A stretch of 64,000 nt of DNA from Eledone cirrhosa (GCA_964016885.1 OZ024743.1:323020001-323084000), one strand, 5' to 3'. Shown: positions 37,333-55,683, numbered from the stretch's first letter. Numbers and translations: made by a program. The notes: generated by a model not told the origin, from the letters alone.

Positions 37333-37757
37333 TTCATTCATTGATAAATGTATTTATGCTTCAAACTACACAATTCAGTTGCTAACACATTCCTTTACCT
37401 CATTTTGGTATTAACCCAAAATTGCTGAACACCAAAAACTAAACATTGTTTAATATAGGTCATTTATTTACCAGGCTGCTGTTAAGTATTGCTGTTCACA
37501 GTATCAATTTTAGTATACTAGTTTCTAGCTTGTATTTCTAACCAAGATATATATATCTTTTTGAATTGATACACTTTTCCTTGCATGTCATAAGAGATGA
37601 CTAAGAGGGTTGTGGGTTGTCTTGTCACCAGGAAGGACATCCCTTTATAAAATATTGCTCCAAAAAGGCCTCATGCTGAGCATGAAGCCATTTCCAGGGC
37701 CTATATGTACCAATCCTTGCATGGCATAAGAGATAACTGAAAATGTCTTGTCATTAG

Positions 37758-38714
37758 TGTGGGGATGGTGTGGTGGTGTGGAGGAGGTGATCGGAAGCTG
37801 GGGTCGATTGACCGGAGGCGGAAGTGACGTGAGATGCATACCCAGGAGCATCTGTGGGCTCTCTTTCGGCTGTGACCCGTGACGGATGGACGTGCGAATG
37901 CGAGCTGCAACTTGGCGAACGGATTATACCCACGTGGATGAGGCATGGCTCACTGAGTGAGCTTGCAGAATTGCGGTAAGTGCAGTAGCTCTCTCATTAC
38001 AAGTTATTTTGGCATCTGAAGACTTACAATTAAAAAAAAAAGAAAAAAAAAAGGAAGAATTTTTTTAAAGACAAAGCTACTGGAAAACAGAGAGGATTCT
38101 GTTCTTTGTTACTTACCGCAGGACTAAGGAGATGGCGACTAGATTACGGATGAGCGGAGAAGTAATTAGAACTTTTACCGGTGAAGGTGATGTTGTCATC
38201 TGGATGCGAAAGGTTAGGCTGGTCGCTGAGCTACAAAAGATAGGCGATGTAGCAGGCTTCATCGCACTCTCTCGAGGGCGATGCGCTAGCGTTGTACTTC
38301 GAGATGGACGACTTTAGCCAGAGAGACGCGCAAAAAATTGAGCGGCGTATGATGGAAGCGTTCGCGGAAGGACCGCTTACCGCATTTGCTAAGCTGGCAA
38401 GGATTAAGTGGAACGGTGAGCGTGTGGATATTTTTGCAGCGGAGATAAGGCGATTGGCCATGCTGGCTGGGTTTCAGGTGGAATGTGAACATGCGGTGCG
38501 GTTGGCGTTCATAAACGGATTTCCGGATGACATCGCAGTGAAACTGCAGCAAATACCTGGCTACAAGGAAATGGAGATGCGTGCACTGGTAGAGCAAGCC
38601 CACATCTTTCCAGAGGATGCCAAGAAGAGTGTTGCAGCAATAGCAGCGAGGAGGCCCGGGGCAGCCAACAGCGAAATGGCGAAAGGGAGACAAACACGCT
38701 GTTGCAATCAATAA
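37758..38714 (+). mobile_element. Ty3/gypsy-type LTR retrotransposon relic: putative LTR (37758-38028) plus frameshifted gag
   Basis: GC-rich TGT...ACA segment; gag-like FTGEGDVVIW..K..LVA..EGDALALY..ERVDIFAAEIRRLA..AFINGFP; no pol, no second LTR, no PBS seen. Confidence 0.65.
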
Positions 38715-40599
38715 AATAAGTACCAGTAATATATTCAGGCATATGTTCCATATGTTCCACTCAGTTTCTACCATTTAGAAAATTTCCAAGTGTAACTCCA
38801 GGAACTATTGTAATTCTTCACTTCTCTGAAAAAAGTCCTTTGCATGTCTCCAGTTTAAAAGATTTCTTCAGTGTATCGTATCCACTAAGTTGATTGTATT
38901 TCAATGTAGTTTTAAACTCAACTGTAGCACTATTGTTCATGTCTTAATTGTATAAACTGACTAGAAATCCTCTAGGTGCTTCCTTAATCTGCTAGAAACT
39001 GCAGCTTAGTCTTTATATTGTCTTAAAAATAAGAAGTGCATGTTGCATAATGTAGGATTAGATCTATTTTGCCCCCACCCCCTAAAAAAACTACATGGTC
39101 ACAACTGGAGTGTCTTTAATTATTGTTGTGACTAGACAACAACACAAATATCTAGAGCAGCTCTAAAAAAAATCTACATTCAATACAGACCTTCTGGCCA
39201 ACACTTAAGTTTCAGATGGGTGTAGTCTACGCTGTCATTGTTTAGCCAGCACTTAAACTTCAGATCAGATGGTAGTGGTCCTTTGTTGTTGTTGTTTAGC
39301 TGAGGTCAGTCCTATGATGTGGCATAGCTCATTGGTGAAGAAGTTTGCTTTGTACACCTGGGATTCTGGGTTTGGTGCCAGTGTGACATCTTGGTCATGT
39401 CTTTATATACCTGGGATTCTGCATTTGGTGTCACAGTGTGACTTCTTGGTCTTGTGTTTTTTTTACCTTAGTCTCAGGCTGGCTCTATTTCACAACATCC
39501 ATCACTGGCTCTATTTCATAACATCCATCACTGGCTCTATTCCCATTTTCCTCTGCAATTCATTGTTTATTTTCTTATCTCTAAGTGATACTCCATTCTT
39601 TCCACTCTTCTCTGCTGTTCCACATTCATCAGCCATGTCTTGCTCTGATTAAAAGTTTGGCACCAGGAAGGACATCCAACCATAAACCATTGCCTCAAAA
39701 AAGACCTCCTGCATCACAAAATGCTATTTCTATACTTATTTTGTAATCTCCACTGACTACATAACATTATTCACTGATTCATACCCACACACCATTACTT
39801 CATACACACCTTCACACAAGCATGAATACATGCATACATGTCCAACCATCCACTAGTCTGATACTATCCAGGGAGTCACAATTTTCACCAATCTTTGCAA
39901 TGCTTCTCTTTCCACCTCTGTTCAATATGTACCATTCTTTTTCTTATATACCCTGGTCATTTTTTCCTCTTTTCTTTTTCTACTCCTTTCTTGTTTTCTA
40001 TTCTATTATTACCTTTTTCATTTCAGCATGAAACTAATATATTTCATTGTACTGTGTTCTCTGTGTGGGTTTTTACTGTTTTGACTACTGTTATCCTCTG
40101 CCCATTTTCTTTTTCTTTCTCAATAGTTGAGAAAATTGGGTACCCTTAGGTACCCAATTTTCTCAATTATTGCTTAGTGATTGACTGTTATTACAGTTAT
40201 TTTCTGCAATTGGGACTCTCACATTTTCATATATTGTTGTTGTATATATATATATAGTATTTCCATACTGTATCCACCCAAAGTTTGAATATGCATCCAT
40301 AACCCATAGCAACATGAATGAAATAAACATACTACAATGAAGAAAATTTTTTTGGATATTGTATCTACGCACATGCACGCATGCACACACACACACATTT
40401 ACATATGTATATATGTATATACATGTGGTTGTGTTTGCATGTTTATATGTGTGTGTGTGTGTTGGTTTATCCAAGCAATCAACTATAGTGTAATAAATCA
40501 TAAGCACATCATAGGTATTCGTAAAGGTATTATGTATATGGTATCAGACAGAGTATCTATATTAACAGAGATGGTTTTACATATTCCACTTCAGTTTGT

Positions 40600-41460
40600 C
40601 TTACATCATGCTTATGTACATTTCATATGCATTAAAATGTCCTTATATAATAATTTAATGCAGTGTCATCAGACAGGTGCTCAAAGTGTAAGCAATGTTT
40701 TGTTTTTGGTATGCCTGATGTCAAAGGGATGTTGAGTTGGAATTCTGTCTGTCAGGGTGGCTAAACTCTACGTTTAGGTGTATTGAATTGTAGCTATTAC
40801 TACGTCTCTTACTGTGTGTCTCTAGGCCTGCAATGTTATTTACATGCATATACACTAGTGCACTCACATTTAGACTGTTTCCATTTCTAATCTGCTATAA
40901 TTTATCTTTGCTATGTTTTGCATTAGGACTTTTGTTCTGGAGTGTAACTTAGCAATATGTCTATTAAAAATTCGGCCAACCTATAGGATTTGGTGAAACA
41001 TTGTTGGTTTCAAACTCAACTGAATATGGTAGGTTATACCATATGGTAATACATAAGCGAGTTTTGTTTCTATTACATCATTGTTTTACATTATTAGGTA
41101 TTATTGTGTTATATCTTGGAGACCATGGAGGGTGTGTTTGACCCCACATTGAGACTAGTGGCTGTGGGGTTATTGTAGCTAGAAGTTGCTGTGTTATCTG
41201 CACTGCATTTGTGTGGGTTGTCTAGAGCTGTATTTTCTAGTGAGTTGCCTATGCTGGTGGTCACTCTATGATCCTCCCTTTCAATAGTATGTTGGTGTTT
41301 AGATGTGTGGTTGGAGCATTGTATGCTATGGGTCCAAACCCCAAGTGGGATGTGTTGTCTATCGTCTGCTAGCCAGATCAGATTCCTTACTTTTTCCTTT
41401 CTATAGGGGATTGTCATGTTTCTATTGTTAGTTATATTGCTAGAAACCAGGCTAACTGTA
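40600..41460 (-). mobile_element. Highly decayed Naiad-type PLE remnant
   Basis: Minus strand near 41060 reads TIWYNLPYSVEFETN, like the WYNP motif of the PLE at 1335-3420; hammerhead motif at its 3' end. Confidence 0.5.
40607..40677 (-). ncRNA. Hammerhead motif, partly decayed
   Basis: Minus: CTGATGA, helix II TGCATTAAA/TTTAATGCA, GAAA-T-GTAC-A-TA; weak helix I. Confidence 0.5.
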
Positions 41461-41997
41461 ATAGCAGTGACATGATCACAGCTTATTAAAAAAGGGTAAA
41501 AGGATGTTTGTTTATTATATGTAAACATTTCATATATGCTTCAATATACAACACTTGATAAATATATTCATATATACATGAAGTTGTGCGTCAGCAAAAA
41601 TATCCTTTATATAAAAGCGTGGAACAGTGAATGTAAAATGATGATGAAGTACATGTTTAGAAGGAATCTTAAGTAGCTGTTAGGAAAACTATAGCAGAAA
41701 TGTCAAGGTTTTTCTTCCTTCTTAAACAAGAGTTGCAAAGTGTCATAGTTACTATATATAGCTATTGAAAACCTTTTGTGTATGTATTAACCCATCCATA
41801 GCCATGTCTTTCAGTAGTGTACAGTAACAACTACAACATGCAGTAAATTGGAGAACTATTAAAACAAGTTAGAATGCTTTGTGGTGTTTATTTGTTCCCT
41901 TTCTCTGCACTCTTAGTTCAAATCCTGCTACGGTCCACTTTGTCTTTCATCCTTTTGATGCCAATAAATGAAGTACAAATCCAGTACTTGGGTTGAA

Positions 41998-42131
<134 letters not shown>

Positions 42132-42703
42132 GAGGTGGTCAGACTTGGAAAAGTATGGCCTGTATCAGGTTTCAAATGCCCAAAACACTTTGTATGTTAT
42201 AGCAACACACACCTCCATCTGGTGTTTAGGGTCTTTTGTTGATGGATGGATGAAATTTAATATTAAATTCAATTATAGCAGTTGATGACAGAAGTGGAAC
42301 TTTGAACAAAAATGCTATAGGGTTTAGTAACAGTCTTCTACATTCTAAATTCAAATATAGCCAATATTAAATTTGACTTTCATACATCCTATGTCAATTA
42401 AATAGATACTAATCAAATATTGGGTGAGAGAAGTTAAAGAAATTAATTTGAAAATAAGGGAAAGAAAGACTAAAAAATTCTGACTAAAGAGGATGGAAGA
42501 AGAAATGAAAACTAAAGGGGTTTGGTGAGGGGCATGCAGCATATAGGGTAAAATAGAGAAGGTTGTCGGGGTGCCTGCTTTGGCAGGGAAAATGGCTTGA
42601 AGACACTTGTACTGGATTTTATCTAAATCTTATAACATGGAAAGATTTCTAAGGGATGCCTTCTGTACAAAGAATATATAATTACATGGAGATTAATACT
42701 TAA

Positions 42704-42907
42704 CCCTTTAGCATTTACACTACCCTATATTTACTATTATATTTCCATGGTAGAGGCTTTATCTCACATAATATCGAATCTATGAGATTCTGATATTATA
42801 TATTTTGAGAACAATAACTTAACATCACTATGAGTGGCCAGCTATGGTCAGTTTGAACAGTGGTGAGAGATTTCTAGCTAGATACGGCCAGTTTAAATGC
42901 TGAAGGG
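42704..42907. mobile_element. piggyBac-like MITE
   Basis: TTAA|CCCTTTAGCATTTA ... TAAATGCTGAAGGG|TTAA. Confidence 0.75.
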
Positions 42908-43327
42908 TTAAGTTAGTGAGCCAAAACAAAATATTATTTATTTGGTGAATGGCAAAGATTGGTAGAACTTGACAAAAAATGCAGTATTTGTTAATATATA
43001 TTAATGTTCTTTTACATTGAATTCAAATCTTTTTGATTGTTAACTTTGACTTCCTGGATTGGTAAAATAAATATCAATCAGTCAATACTAGAGCACAGTC
43101 TAAGCAACTATGCATTCTTCTCAAAATATTTGCTATGTATCTATGTTAGAAATCAATATAAACTTTGTAATGGAATTACAAAAATGGAGTGGTTATTGAC
43201 AAAATTAGCCAATTAATTATTGTTGGGTGGTTTAGAAGTACACTTCTCAACTGTGGTTTCAGATTTAATCTAACTTCATATAACCTTCAGTAAGTGTCTT
43301 TTACTGTACAGAGGCCTGTCATATCTA

Positions 43328-43369
<42 letters not shown>

Positions 43370-43479
43370 GTGTGTGTGTGTGTGAAGTAATAACAAAACA
43401 AATGGCACAGTACAAGGAAGAAATATATTAGTTTAAACGAAGATGATGATGATGAATGCTTGAAATAGCAGGAAGAGAG

Positions 43480-43515
43480 TCTTAATGTTTTGGACACTTT
43501 TCCTTCATCAGAAGA
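43480..43515 (-). ncRNA. CpG-decayed minimal PLE-type hammerhead
   Basis: Minus: TCTT-CTGATGA-A-GGA-aaagtg-TCC-AAAACATT-AAGA, consistent with decay of CCGAAACGTT. Confidence 0.4.
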
Positions 43516-44759
43516 TAGTTATAAAAGGTAAAGAGTGATGAGAGGAAGGAATGGGGAAAATGAGAAAACAACTGGGGAGAAGAAAAACACACATTTGTAT
43601 TCAGTCAGTCATTTATATATATACATAATTTTTTTATTTGTTTTGCAAGATTTTTTTATCTGAAAATGTGTTGAAACAGATATTGTTCTATTTTGGGAGG
43701 GTAATGCTGCCAATAAAAAACACACTCTGTTGGGTTTCACTTCAATTTATTATTATTATTTGCCAGTCAGTTAGTTTAATAACTGGATGGTTGTTTAGTT
43801 GTTGATTATCATCGAAGCTCTTTCGTCACATTCTGTGTCCTCATTAGTAGTACTTTTGTTATGTTGTGTCTCTCCTTTTCTATGTCTTATACCACATGTT
43901 CATGTGCCATTTATAAGCCAAGACAATTAATCAACACATTGTTTAGTTCATGTAGTTTTGAAATTCTCATTAGTGGAGAATATATTTATGAAATTTTAAT
44001 ATTTTGATATTTTAAATGTTTTAAGTGTCATTTAGAGTATCATTTTTCTTTCACAACTCCATTACGTAATTATTTTTTTACCAATTTCCAAACTTTTTGA
44101 AGGCTATATTCATTCAAAACTTAGCAAAAACAATAGGAAATACAGATTTTATGTCAAAAGTGAAGCCAGTGTAATATTCACCTTCAAAGTGAAAACATTT
44201 TAGCACCTCATTTATGTAGACTTTTGAAGCTGGTGAAAATCAACAAAATATTCACCTCAAATATAACCTACCCCCATTTTACCATCAATTTTTTTTTCTT
44301 TAATTTTTTTTTAACGCATATTTCTCGGCTTATGTACAACTATACACGGTAAGTAAATACTGTAAATTTTAACGTGATGCAGTCATAGTGCTCTTTTATT
44401 CTTTTGTAAAATGATTTGCTAATGCAGTTTCATGTGGAACAGGATGTCAAGAGTTAACTAATACCCAGTTCTCACTCAGACGTACTTATGTATTAAAACT
44501 CATATGTTTGTTCAATGTTTGTGCAGGAAATACACTTGAATTTATTTGTTTTAATCTATTTAGCTGGAAAACAAATATGACTTCGGTAACAGATTTAACT
44601 TGCCTGTTAGTTTAACTCCACCCCCTGACTTCTGTATTTGGACCCAGTTTCCAGTTCCCCCTACCACCACTTCCTTCCACCCACACAACCAATCTTGGAA
44701 TCCCTTTACAAAGATCAAGGATACTTCTTATTTAGAATATTTCATTATTCCTTATTATT

Positions 44760-44860
44760 ATGAGGTTAACTTTGCCTTTCATCCTTACGGGGTCGATAAA
44801 ATAAAGTACCAGTAATGCACTGGGATAATTCCTGGCCTTTTGCCAAAAGTAGAAACAATT
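44760..44860 (+). mobile_element. SINE family A 3' half
   Basis: gaggttaactttgcctttcatccttacggggtcgataaa. Confidence 0.8.
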
Positions 44861-45971
44861 ATTCCTTATTAGTTCTTTGTTTACCTAGAAAGTTTACACA
44901 CTTTGATAAAGTAATTATTAATGACTAATACCTAAAGGTAATTCAATATTAAATAATGTGTTAGTTGTTTGTTTAGCCCCAAGCCAGCCTCGGTTGAAGA
45001 CATTCCATTCTTGATTTTTGTTCTTATACATAGTATCCAATGTGTGTCCCTTTTTTTTTCTTTTTTTAAATCGGATTCTTGTGTAATTTGGGTACTATTT
45101 CCAGCAAACTGAATTATTAAAGATGCAAGTGGTGACATTTGTTTGTGAGTGATTTAGCTACAGTTTTTAGCAGGTCAAATGATTATTTCAAATGGACCCT
45201 CATTTGCTTATAGTATTTTAGTTTATTTTTTATATATTGGTAAAATTCAGATATATTCAGTACTTTCTATTTTAAGCTGAAAACCACTTCCAACAACAAT
45301 CTCGGGTTGCTAATTGTGTTGGGTAGAATTTTTCGCAGTTGTGTCTTAAAAGTTTGACTTATCCATGCATAACCTCATAACCTTTGGTTTCATTAAACTT
45401 AATCTTCCACATTGTGTTGATAGCTCTTTTCATTTGTTTTATGCTTGATATAGTAAGAAAAGATTCTTTATGTTTCTGACAGTAGTCCTTATCAGAAAAT
45501 AGAATGAGAAATCAAAGAAGAAATAGAAAGATAGAGGAGAGTGAGAAGAAGCAGAAACAAAAAAAAATCATTGGTAGAAAAAGCAGGTCTGTTCATTTCG
45601 CTGCCTCACAAACACACACTATACTAATGAACCTGTATCATTGAGATTGACAGTGATTAACAGATATATTAAATGCTATTCATATGCATGACTTAAGCTG
45701 ATAAATGTGAAGAAAACATCTCTGTATTTTAAAGGCCACAGTCTAGATACTTTTGTTCTTATGTGAGTGAAATACTTCTAATTACTTTATGTTCATTGAA
45801 CTTCCTTATCTAGTTGTATCATAATTGAAATGAAAAGTGTAAACTAATAATAATAGAGGTATTTGTATTCAGTGTTCTTTCATATATTAACCCTTTAGCA
45901 TTTAAACCGGTCATATCCGGCCAGAATTCTCTCACCAGAGTACTCAATACTTGGGGTAGTAGAGTGTGGTA

Positions 45972-46084
45972 ATATGAAAGAGTCAGGATCCTGATGGCTG
46001 AGCTCTTGCCGTTTCAATATCTAGTTTGGAACTAGCTGTTGAAGTGGTAAAAGCTCAGCCGTCGGGGTCCCAACTCTTTCATAT
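45972..46084. repeat. 55-bp-arm hairpin with 3-nt loop
   Basis: atatgaaagagt...ctagtt [tgg] aactag...actctttcatat. Confidence 0.85.
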
Positions 46085-47599
46085 CTATGTATATACATAC
46101 ATACACACATGATTGCTGCCCCCTCGTTATCGAGTATGGCCATTGCACGATATACCATTATTAATGATTATTAATTAATTCTATCGTGCAATGCCTGTGC
46201 GTGAAGATATTTTTTAAAGTGAGGAAAGACTGTGCACTGAGCCAATCCCACTCACTGAGTGACAGTAGCTATAACCCGAAAAAGAATAAAAGATCAACAT
46301 CATCGGTAACTACTGAGCCGCAGGTTTTATATCGGAGTTATCCCAGTTTCCTGAGTTGCCTTCTCCTAGAAGAATGCCCTGACCAAGGCGAGGGGCCTTT
46401 CACTCCCAGTGCTTTAACCGCACGGTACATGTATATATACATATTTACACACTTTCGGATGGCCGTTGACTCTTATGAGTTCTTCCGCCCTTTGTCAGCT
46501 TTTGTTTTTTGTCCTGCAGGGTGTCCAAAATCACCCTCCTCACCAAGTAAACTTGATGGGGTTGCCGGTTTAGTCGCCGACGACCCGACCATGCGACAGG
46601 TTGTATTGGGTTACATGTTACCAGTAGCACTCAAGAGTGACCCGATATACACACACACACATGCATGCATACATACATACATACATGTATCATCCTCCTC
46701 ATCCACATTTTACTTCTACTTTTCCATGCTAGCAGGAGTTGGATGGACCATCATGAACCAAGTAAGTTCTTATTCAGGGTTACTGCTCTCTTTGAAGAGT
46801 AGATCCATGCCTTGCTTTTGTGGTGTGGTTTGTAAGCCTCAATACGCTTCCTATCACCAACTGCTGTTGTAGGTAGATTTATCATAAAATCATTTCTAAA
46901 AAGGTTGATTTGTCCCTAGCAAGAGTACTCTCTACCTTTCATTGTCTCCATTCATTAGTTCACTAACACTAGGGGCTGTCTTGTCTCCAGCAAGATGAAA
47001 AGTGTTGAAAGAGAACCAGAACAAAATATTGATGGAAAAGAAAGTAATGGAAGAGTACCAGTGACTGAAATGTGAGGGCAATAGACAAGATCCAATGTGA
47101 TAGCATCCCTTATTTTATAGATGGTGTGGTGAGCAAGTAATAGAGTAAGGATGCACATTGATAGAAGTGAAAGAATTATGAAGAGAGCTGAGACTGGTAG
47201 ATGGAGACTTAATATAAACAATGATGATGATGATCAAGAAATCCAAACATAGATATTATGTATTTGAGTCTCCACAATCACCACTTTATGTCCATTTTTC
47301 CATGCTTGCTTATCTTGGATAGGTCCTTTCCAGAACAGCACATTACCACAAGATGTAGTCCCTTATCTCCTACATATAGTGGGATTCTGCATAGTTTCTC
47401 TCTACCAAATTCCACTCAAGGAATTTGTCAATGCAAGGCTACAATAGAAGACACTTGTATCTTACAGTTCAGAAGTAAACATCTCAACCACAGCTACACA
47501 ACCATGTGTATGTTAGAATCATATAGTTCAGTTGACATCTCAAGCTCACAACCACGCCTATGTCTTTATATGTCTCATATATATATATATATATATATA

Positions 47600-48604
47600 C
47601 ATCATCATCATCATCATCATCATCATCACCGTTTTACGTCCGTTCTTCCACGCTAGCATGGGTTAGACGGGTTGTCCTGTTGTGGGCAGTGTCTGGTCGG
47701 CTGACCATGCCTTGCTCATACAGGAACTGATCTGGCTTGATTTCTACAGCTGGATGCCCTTCCTAACACCAACCTCATTTACAGTGAGTGCTGGGTGCTT
47801 TTTCGTGGCGCCTACACGTCCACTTTACAGTGTGGGCTGGGTGCTTTTTTGCCGTGGCACCTCCACGACCACCTTGCGGTGGGGGGGGGGGCATATTGTT
47901 TATATGCTTCAGCATGTACCCATGGGAGGTCGGGTACCCTGTATTACTGCGTGACGCCAGAAGTCACGGTCGTGTGTCATTGACTTTGAGAGGTGTAGTT
48001 GGGTAAGGTCGGCTTTTATCACCTCATCCCAAGTCATCTTGGGTCTCCCCACTCCGCGGTTTCCATCACCTTCTAGTGCTCTGCACCTTTTTATGCAGCT
48101 GTCATCCTTCATACGCATCACATGTCCATACCAGCGTAACCGCCTCTCCTGCACGCAGCATTTGATTCCTCTTATGCTCAGTCTCTCTCTCAATTCATTT
48201 ATGCTTTGTCGTTCACGTATATTACTGTTACACATCCATCGGAACATGCAGGCTTCGTTTCTCTCTAATCTACGTAAGTCTTCCACCTTCAGCGCCCAGG
48301 TCTCACTACCATGCAACATCGCTGTTCGGATACACGCATCATACAGTCTGCCTTTCATTCTGAGGGAGAAGCCTTTTGCAGCTAGCAGTGGTAGTAGTTC
48401 CCTAAACTTCTTCCATCCCGTTCTTACCCTAGTTATTGTACTTTCTGAGCACCCACCTCCGTTGCTAATTCGGTCACCTAGGTAGCAGAAGCTGTCTACT
48501 GTTTCTACAGGGCCCTCCCAGAGATTGGTGGTACTTGTTTCCTGTGGCTGTTTGCTTGCTGTTTCAGCACAGCTGCTGCATGTGAATCCTACATTCTTAA
48601 TTAA
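47600..48604 (-). mobile_element. RTE LINE 3' fragment (47890-48604) joined to a SINE B-type tail (47600-47878)
   Basis: MKGRLYDACIRTAMLHGSETW..RRLRWYGHVMR on minus strand; (CAT)n on plus strand. Confidence 0.88.
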
Positions 48605-48629
48605 TGCATGTGAATCCTACATTCTTAAT

Positions 48630-52290
<3,661 letters not shown>

Positions 52291-52291
52291 T

Positions 52292-52462
52292 TGCCCCACA
52301 CTGTAAATGTGGTTGGTGTTAGGAAGGGCATCCAACTGTAGAAAACCCGCCAGACAGTCCTATGCGAGCAAGACAACCACTCTTGCCTCAAGTGGGAAAA
52401 CCCCCGTCCAAACCCATGCAAGCGTGGAACACGGACGCTAAACCTGATGATGATGATGATGA
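52292..52462 (+). mobile_element. RTE 3' tail fragment
   Basis: Near identical to 36180-36337. Confidence 0.85.
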
Positions 52463-52502
<40 letters not shown>

Positions 52503-52509
52503 CATACAA

Positions 52510-52560
<51 letters not shown>

Positions 52561-52571
52561 CATACAAATAC

Positions 52572-52633
<62 letters not shown>

Positions 52634-52639
52634 ATACAA

Positions 52640-52690
<51 letters not shown>

Positions 52691-52697
52691 CATACAA

Positions 52698-52728
<31 letters not shown>

Positions 52729-52743
52729 TACACATACAAATAC

Positions 52744-52780
<37 letters not shown>

Positions 52781-52782
<2 letters not shown>

Positions 52783-54940
52783 ACTTTGAATAACTTTGAA
52801 ATGTTTTGGCCAGTATTGGCCCAGGCCATGTCTAACTTAATAGCACCACCTGGCGAAGTCTTTTAATTCAGGATTTGGGCACCATGGCCCATTCGAGAAG
52901 AGAATTACTGTTTGCGGAGACATATCCGGGTGTGGGTGGTTTGTCCGGGATTACTTGGAGGAATTTGTCCAAAGACTTCTTGAATTTTGTGTGGTCAGTT
53001 TCTGTTTTGACGTGTCCTGGTGTGATGTTGAAGAGAGCAGGGCCGATTGAGGTGAAATAATTGTGCCGTATTGTTGTTATGAGTTGCGATTTAGATTTTT
53101 GAATGGGACGGATAGCACGGGGCCCAAGCCTTGGGTGTATCTTGAAGGCGATGCCAACATCATTTGGGCAGTGATGATGGAACATTTTCCACATCATGCA
53201 GATAATATAACGCTCACGGCGACGTTGGAGTGAGTAAAGTTTCAGGTTTTCTAATCGACCCCAGTAGTCAAGGTCTGACATGCCATCTATCTTTTTCGTG
53301 ATTGCCCTTTGAGGAGCTTCAAGTTTCATGATACTTTGTTTCGTGTGGGGAGACCACAGTGGACAACAGTATTCAAGGTGTGGTCGGGCAAAAGTAGAGA
53401 AGAGAAGGATAATGGTGCGGGAATCTCTCGACTGGAAGGTTCTGAGGATCCGGGAACACATTCTGCGGGCCATGTCAACTTTGCTGCTTATATGCGTGGT
53501 CCAGCTTATGTTGCTGTCCACGGTTACTCCCAAGTCTCTGATGTTGTTAGATGCCACGAGAGTTTCCCCGGAGGGAAGGGAGTACGGGAGTTTCAGAGCA
53601 TCCTCTTTTCCAAAGTGGATCAGTTCGAATTTGTCTTCGTTCAGTAACATGTTGTTCTTTTCTGCCCATTGGGTAACAGCCAGTAGGTCTGACTGAAGGC
53701 TTATCCGGTCATCCACGCCATTGATGACCTTTTGGAGCTTGGAATCATCAGCGAAAATTTTAATGTTGCTGTGTTTGATGATGTCAGTGATGTCATTAAT
53801 ATAGATGATGAAGAGAAGTGGGCCCAACACAGTGCCTTGTGGGACCCCACTACTGACTTTGGCTGGGCTTGATTTGACTCCCTCAACTACAACATGTTGG
53901 GTTCTGTTTGACAGGAAGCTCTTGATCCACTGCAGCAGCTTTCCAGTGACACCAATATTGGACAGCTTTCTCAGTAGAATGTTATGATCAACCCTGTCAA
54001 AGGCCTTGCTGAAATCAAGGTAGATAACATCAGTGTTGGAACCCTCTCCCAAGGCTCTCAAAATGTCATCAAAGTGATGCAGTAGCTGCGTCAGGCAATC
54101 CCTTCCATTACGGAATCCATGCTGGTTGGAGTTCAGCATATTGTTACTCTCAAGGAAGTGGGTCATTCGCGATCTCACCACTCTCTCAAATACCTTAATG
54201 ATATGAGAGGTGAGTGAGATTGGACGGTAATTCACGGCAAGGGATTTGTTTCCCTTTTTGAAAACTGGGACAACAGACTGGGATAGAAGGTTTTCTGGCA
54301 CATATCCAGCATCCAGTGAGTTCCGCCACAGATTGGCAAGAGGAGATGCAAGTTGGTGTTGACACGCCTTCAAGACACAAGCAGGGAACCTATCGGGACC
54401 TACTGCTGAATTATGCTTGATTTCCTTTATTGCCGCCAAGACATCAGGGGCGCCAAACGTTATGTCCGATAAGGTGTAATGGGGAGTAACATCGCCGATA
54501 CAGCCCAGATCGGCCATATCAGGATTGCTGAAAACAGAGCAGTATTGTTTCTGCAGTATCTCACCCATGGTTTTAGCATTGTCTTGAAGAGTGCCATTTT
54601 CATCAATTAGAGGGCCAACAGTAGAGCCAGTGATTTTGTGTTTTTTTGCAAATGAAAAGAACACTTTAGGATTGAGTTTGATCTTCTCAATGGCCCAGGC
54701 CTCTTCAGCTCTTCTCTGATTGTTGATGAGGGACATTATGTTGTTTTGGAGGTTATGTTTTTTAATCTCTAGTGATGAAATGGCAGTCAAGTTGATGTGT
54801 TGCTGCTGACAGTATTTCAGCTTGTTGATTTTTTTGTTCGTTCTCTTTCTGATGAGCGTTTTTCTATTTCTAGGGATTCTGCTCTTAGATTTGTTTTTAG
54901 TTCTTAATGGGGTGTGTTTAGCACATATGTTTGTAACAGT
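52781..54940 (-). mobile_element. CR1-group LINE, 5'-truncated, with an uninterrupted RT frame
   Basis: About 690 open codons: [57 protein letters not shown]; 3' end tandem (TTCAAAGTTA)2. Confidence 0.93.
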
Positions 54941-54965
54941 GTATATATATATTATATACATACAA

Positions 54966-55008
<43 letters not shown>

Positions 55009-55029
55009 CAAATACATATATACATACAA

Positions 55030-55060
<31 letters not shown>

Positions 55061-55069
55061 TACATACAA

Positions 55070-55135
<66 letters not shown>

Positions 55136-55145
55136 ATACAAATAC

Positions 55146-55190
<45 letters not shown>

Positions 55191-55205
55191 CAAATACATA
55201 TATAC

Positions 55206-55246
<41 letters not shown>

Positions 55247-55264
55247 CATACAAATACATATATA

Positions 55265-55576
55265 CATCATCATCATCATCATCATCAACGTTTAACGTCC
55301 GTGTTCCACGCTTGCATGGGTTTGGACGGGGGTAGTCCCACTTGAGGCAAGAGTGATTGTCTTGCTCGCATAGGACTGTCTGGCAGGTTTTCTACAGTTG
55401 GATGCCCTTCCTAACACCAACCACATTTACAGTGTGGGTCTGGGAGGTTTTTACCGTGTTGCCTACACGGCCACATTACAGCGTGGACTGTGTGTTTTAC
55501 TGTCGTGACACCTACACGATCTCGTTTGTTTCGGCCTGGATGGCGCGGCACCAACATAACTTTACATGGAACGGGG

Positions 55577-55577
<1 letters not shown>
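55265..55577 (-). mobile_element. RTE 3' UTR/tail fragment
   Basis: Near identical to the reverse complement of ~36040-36337. Confidence 0.88.
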
Positions 55578-55612
<35 letters not shown>

Positions 55613-55631
55613 CATACAAATACATATATAC

Positions 55632-55664
<33 letters not shown>

Positions 55665-55683
55665 CATACAAATACATATATAC

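Noticed and set aside
44300-44355. Possible furin exon ending in ggtaagt
   Set aside because: No acceptor AG after the T-tract and no convertase-like translation
46186-46872. 228-aa ORF
   Set aside because: A patchwork of probable repeat fragments and microsatellites with no recognisable domain
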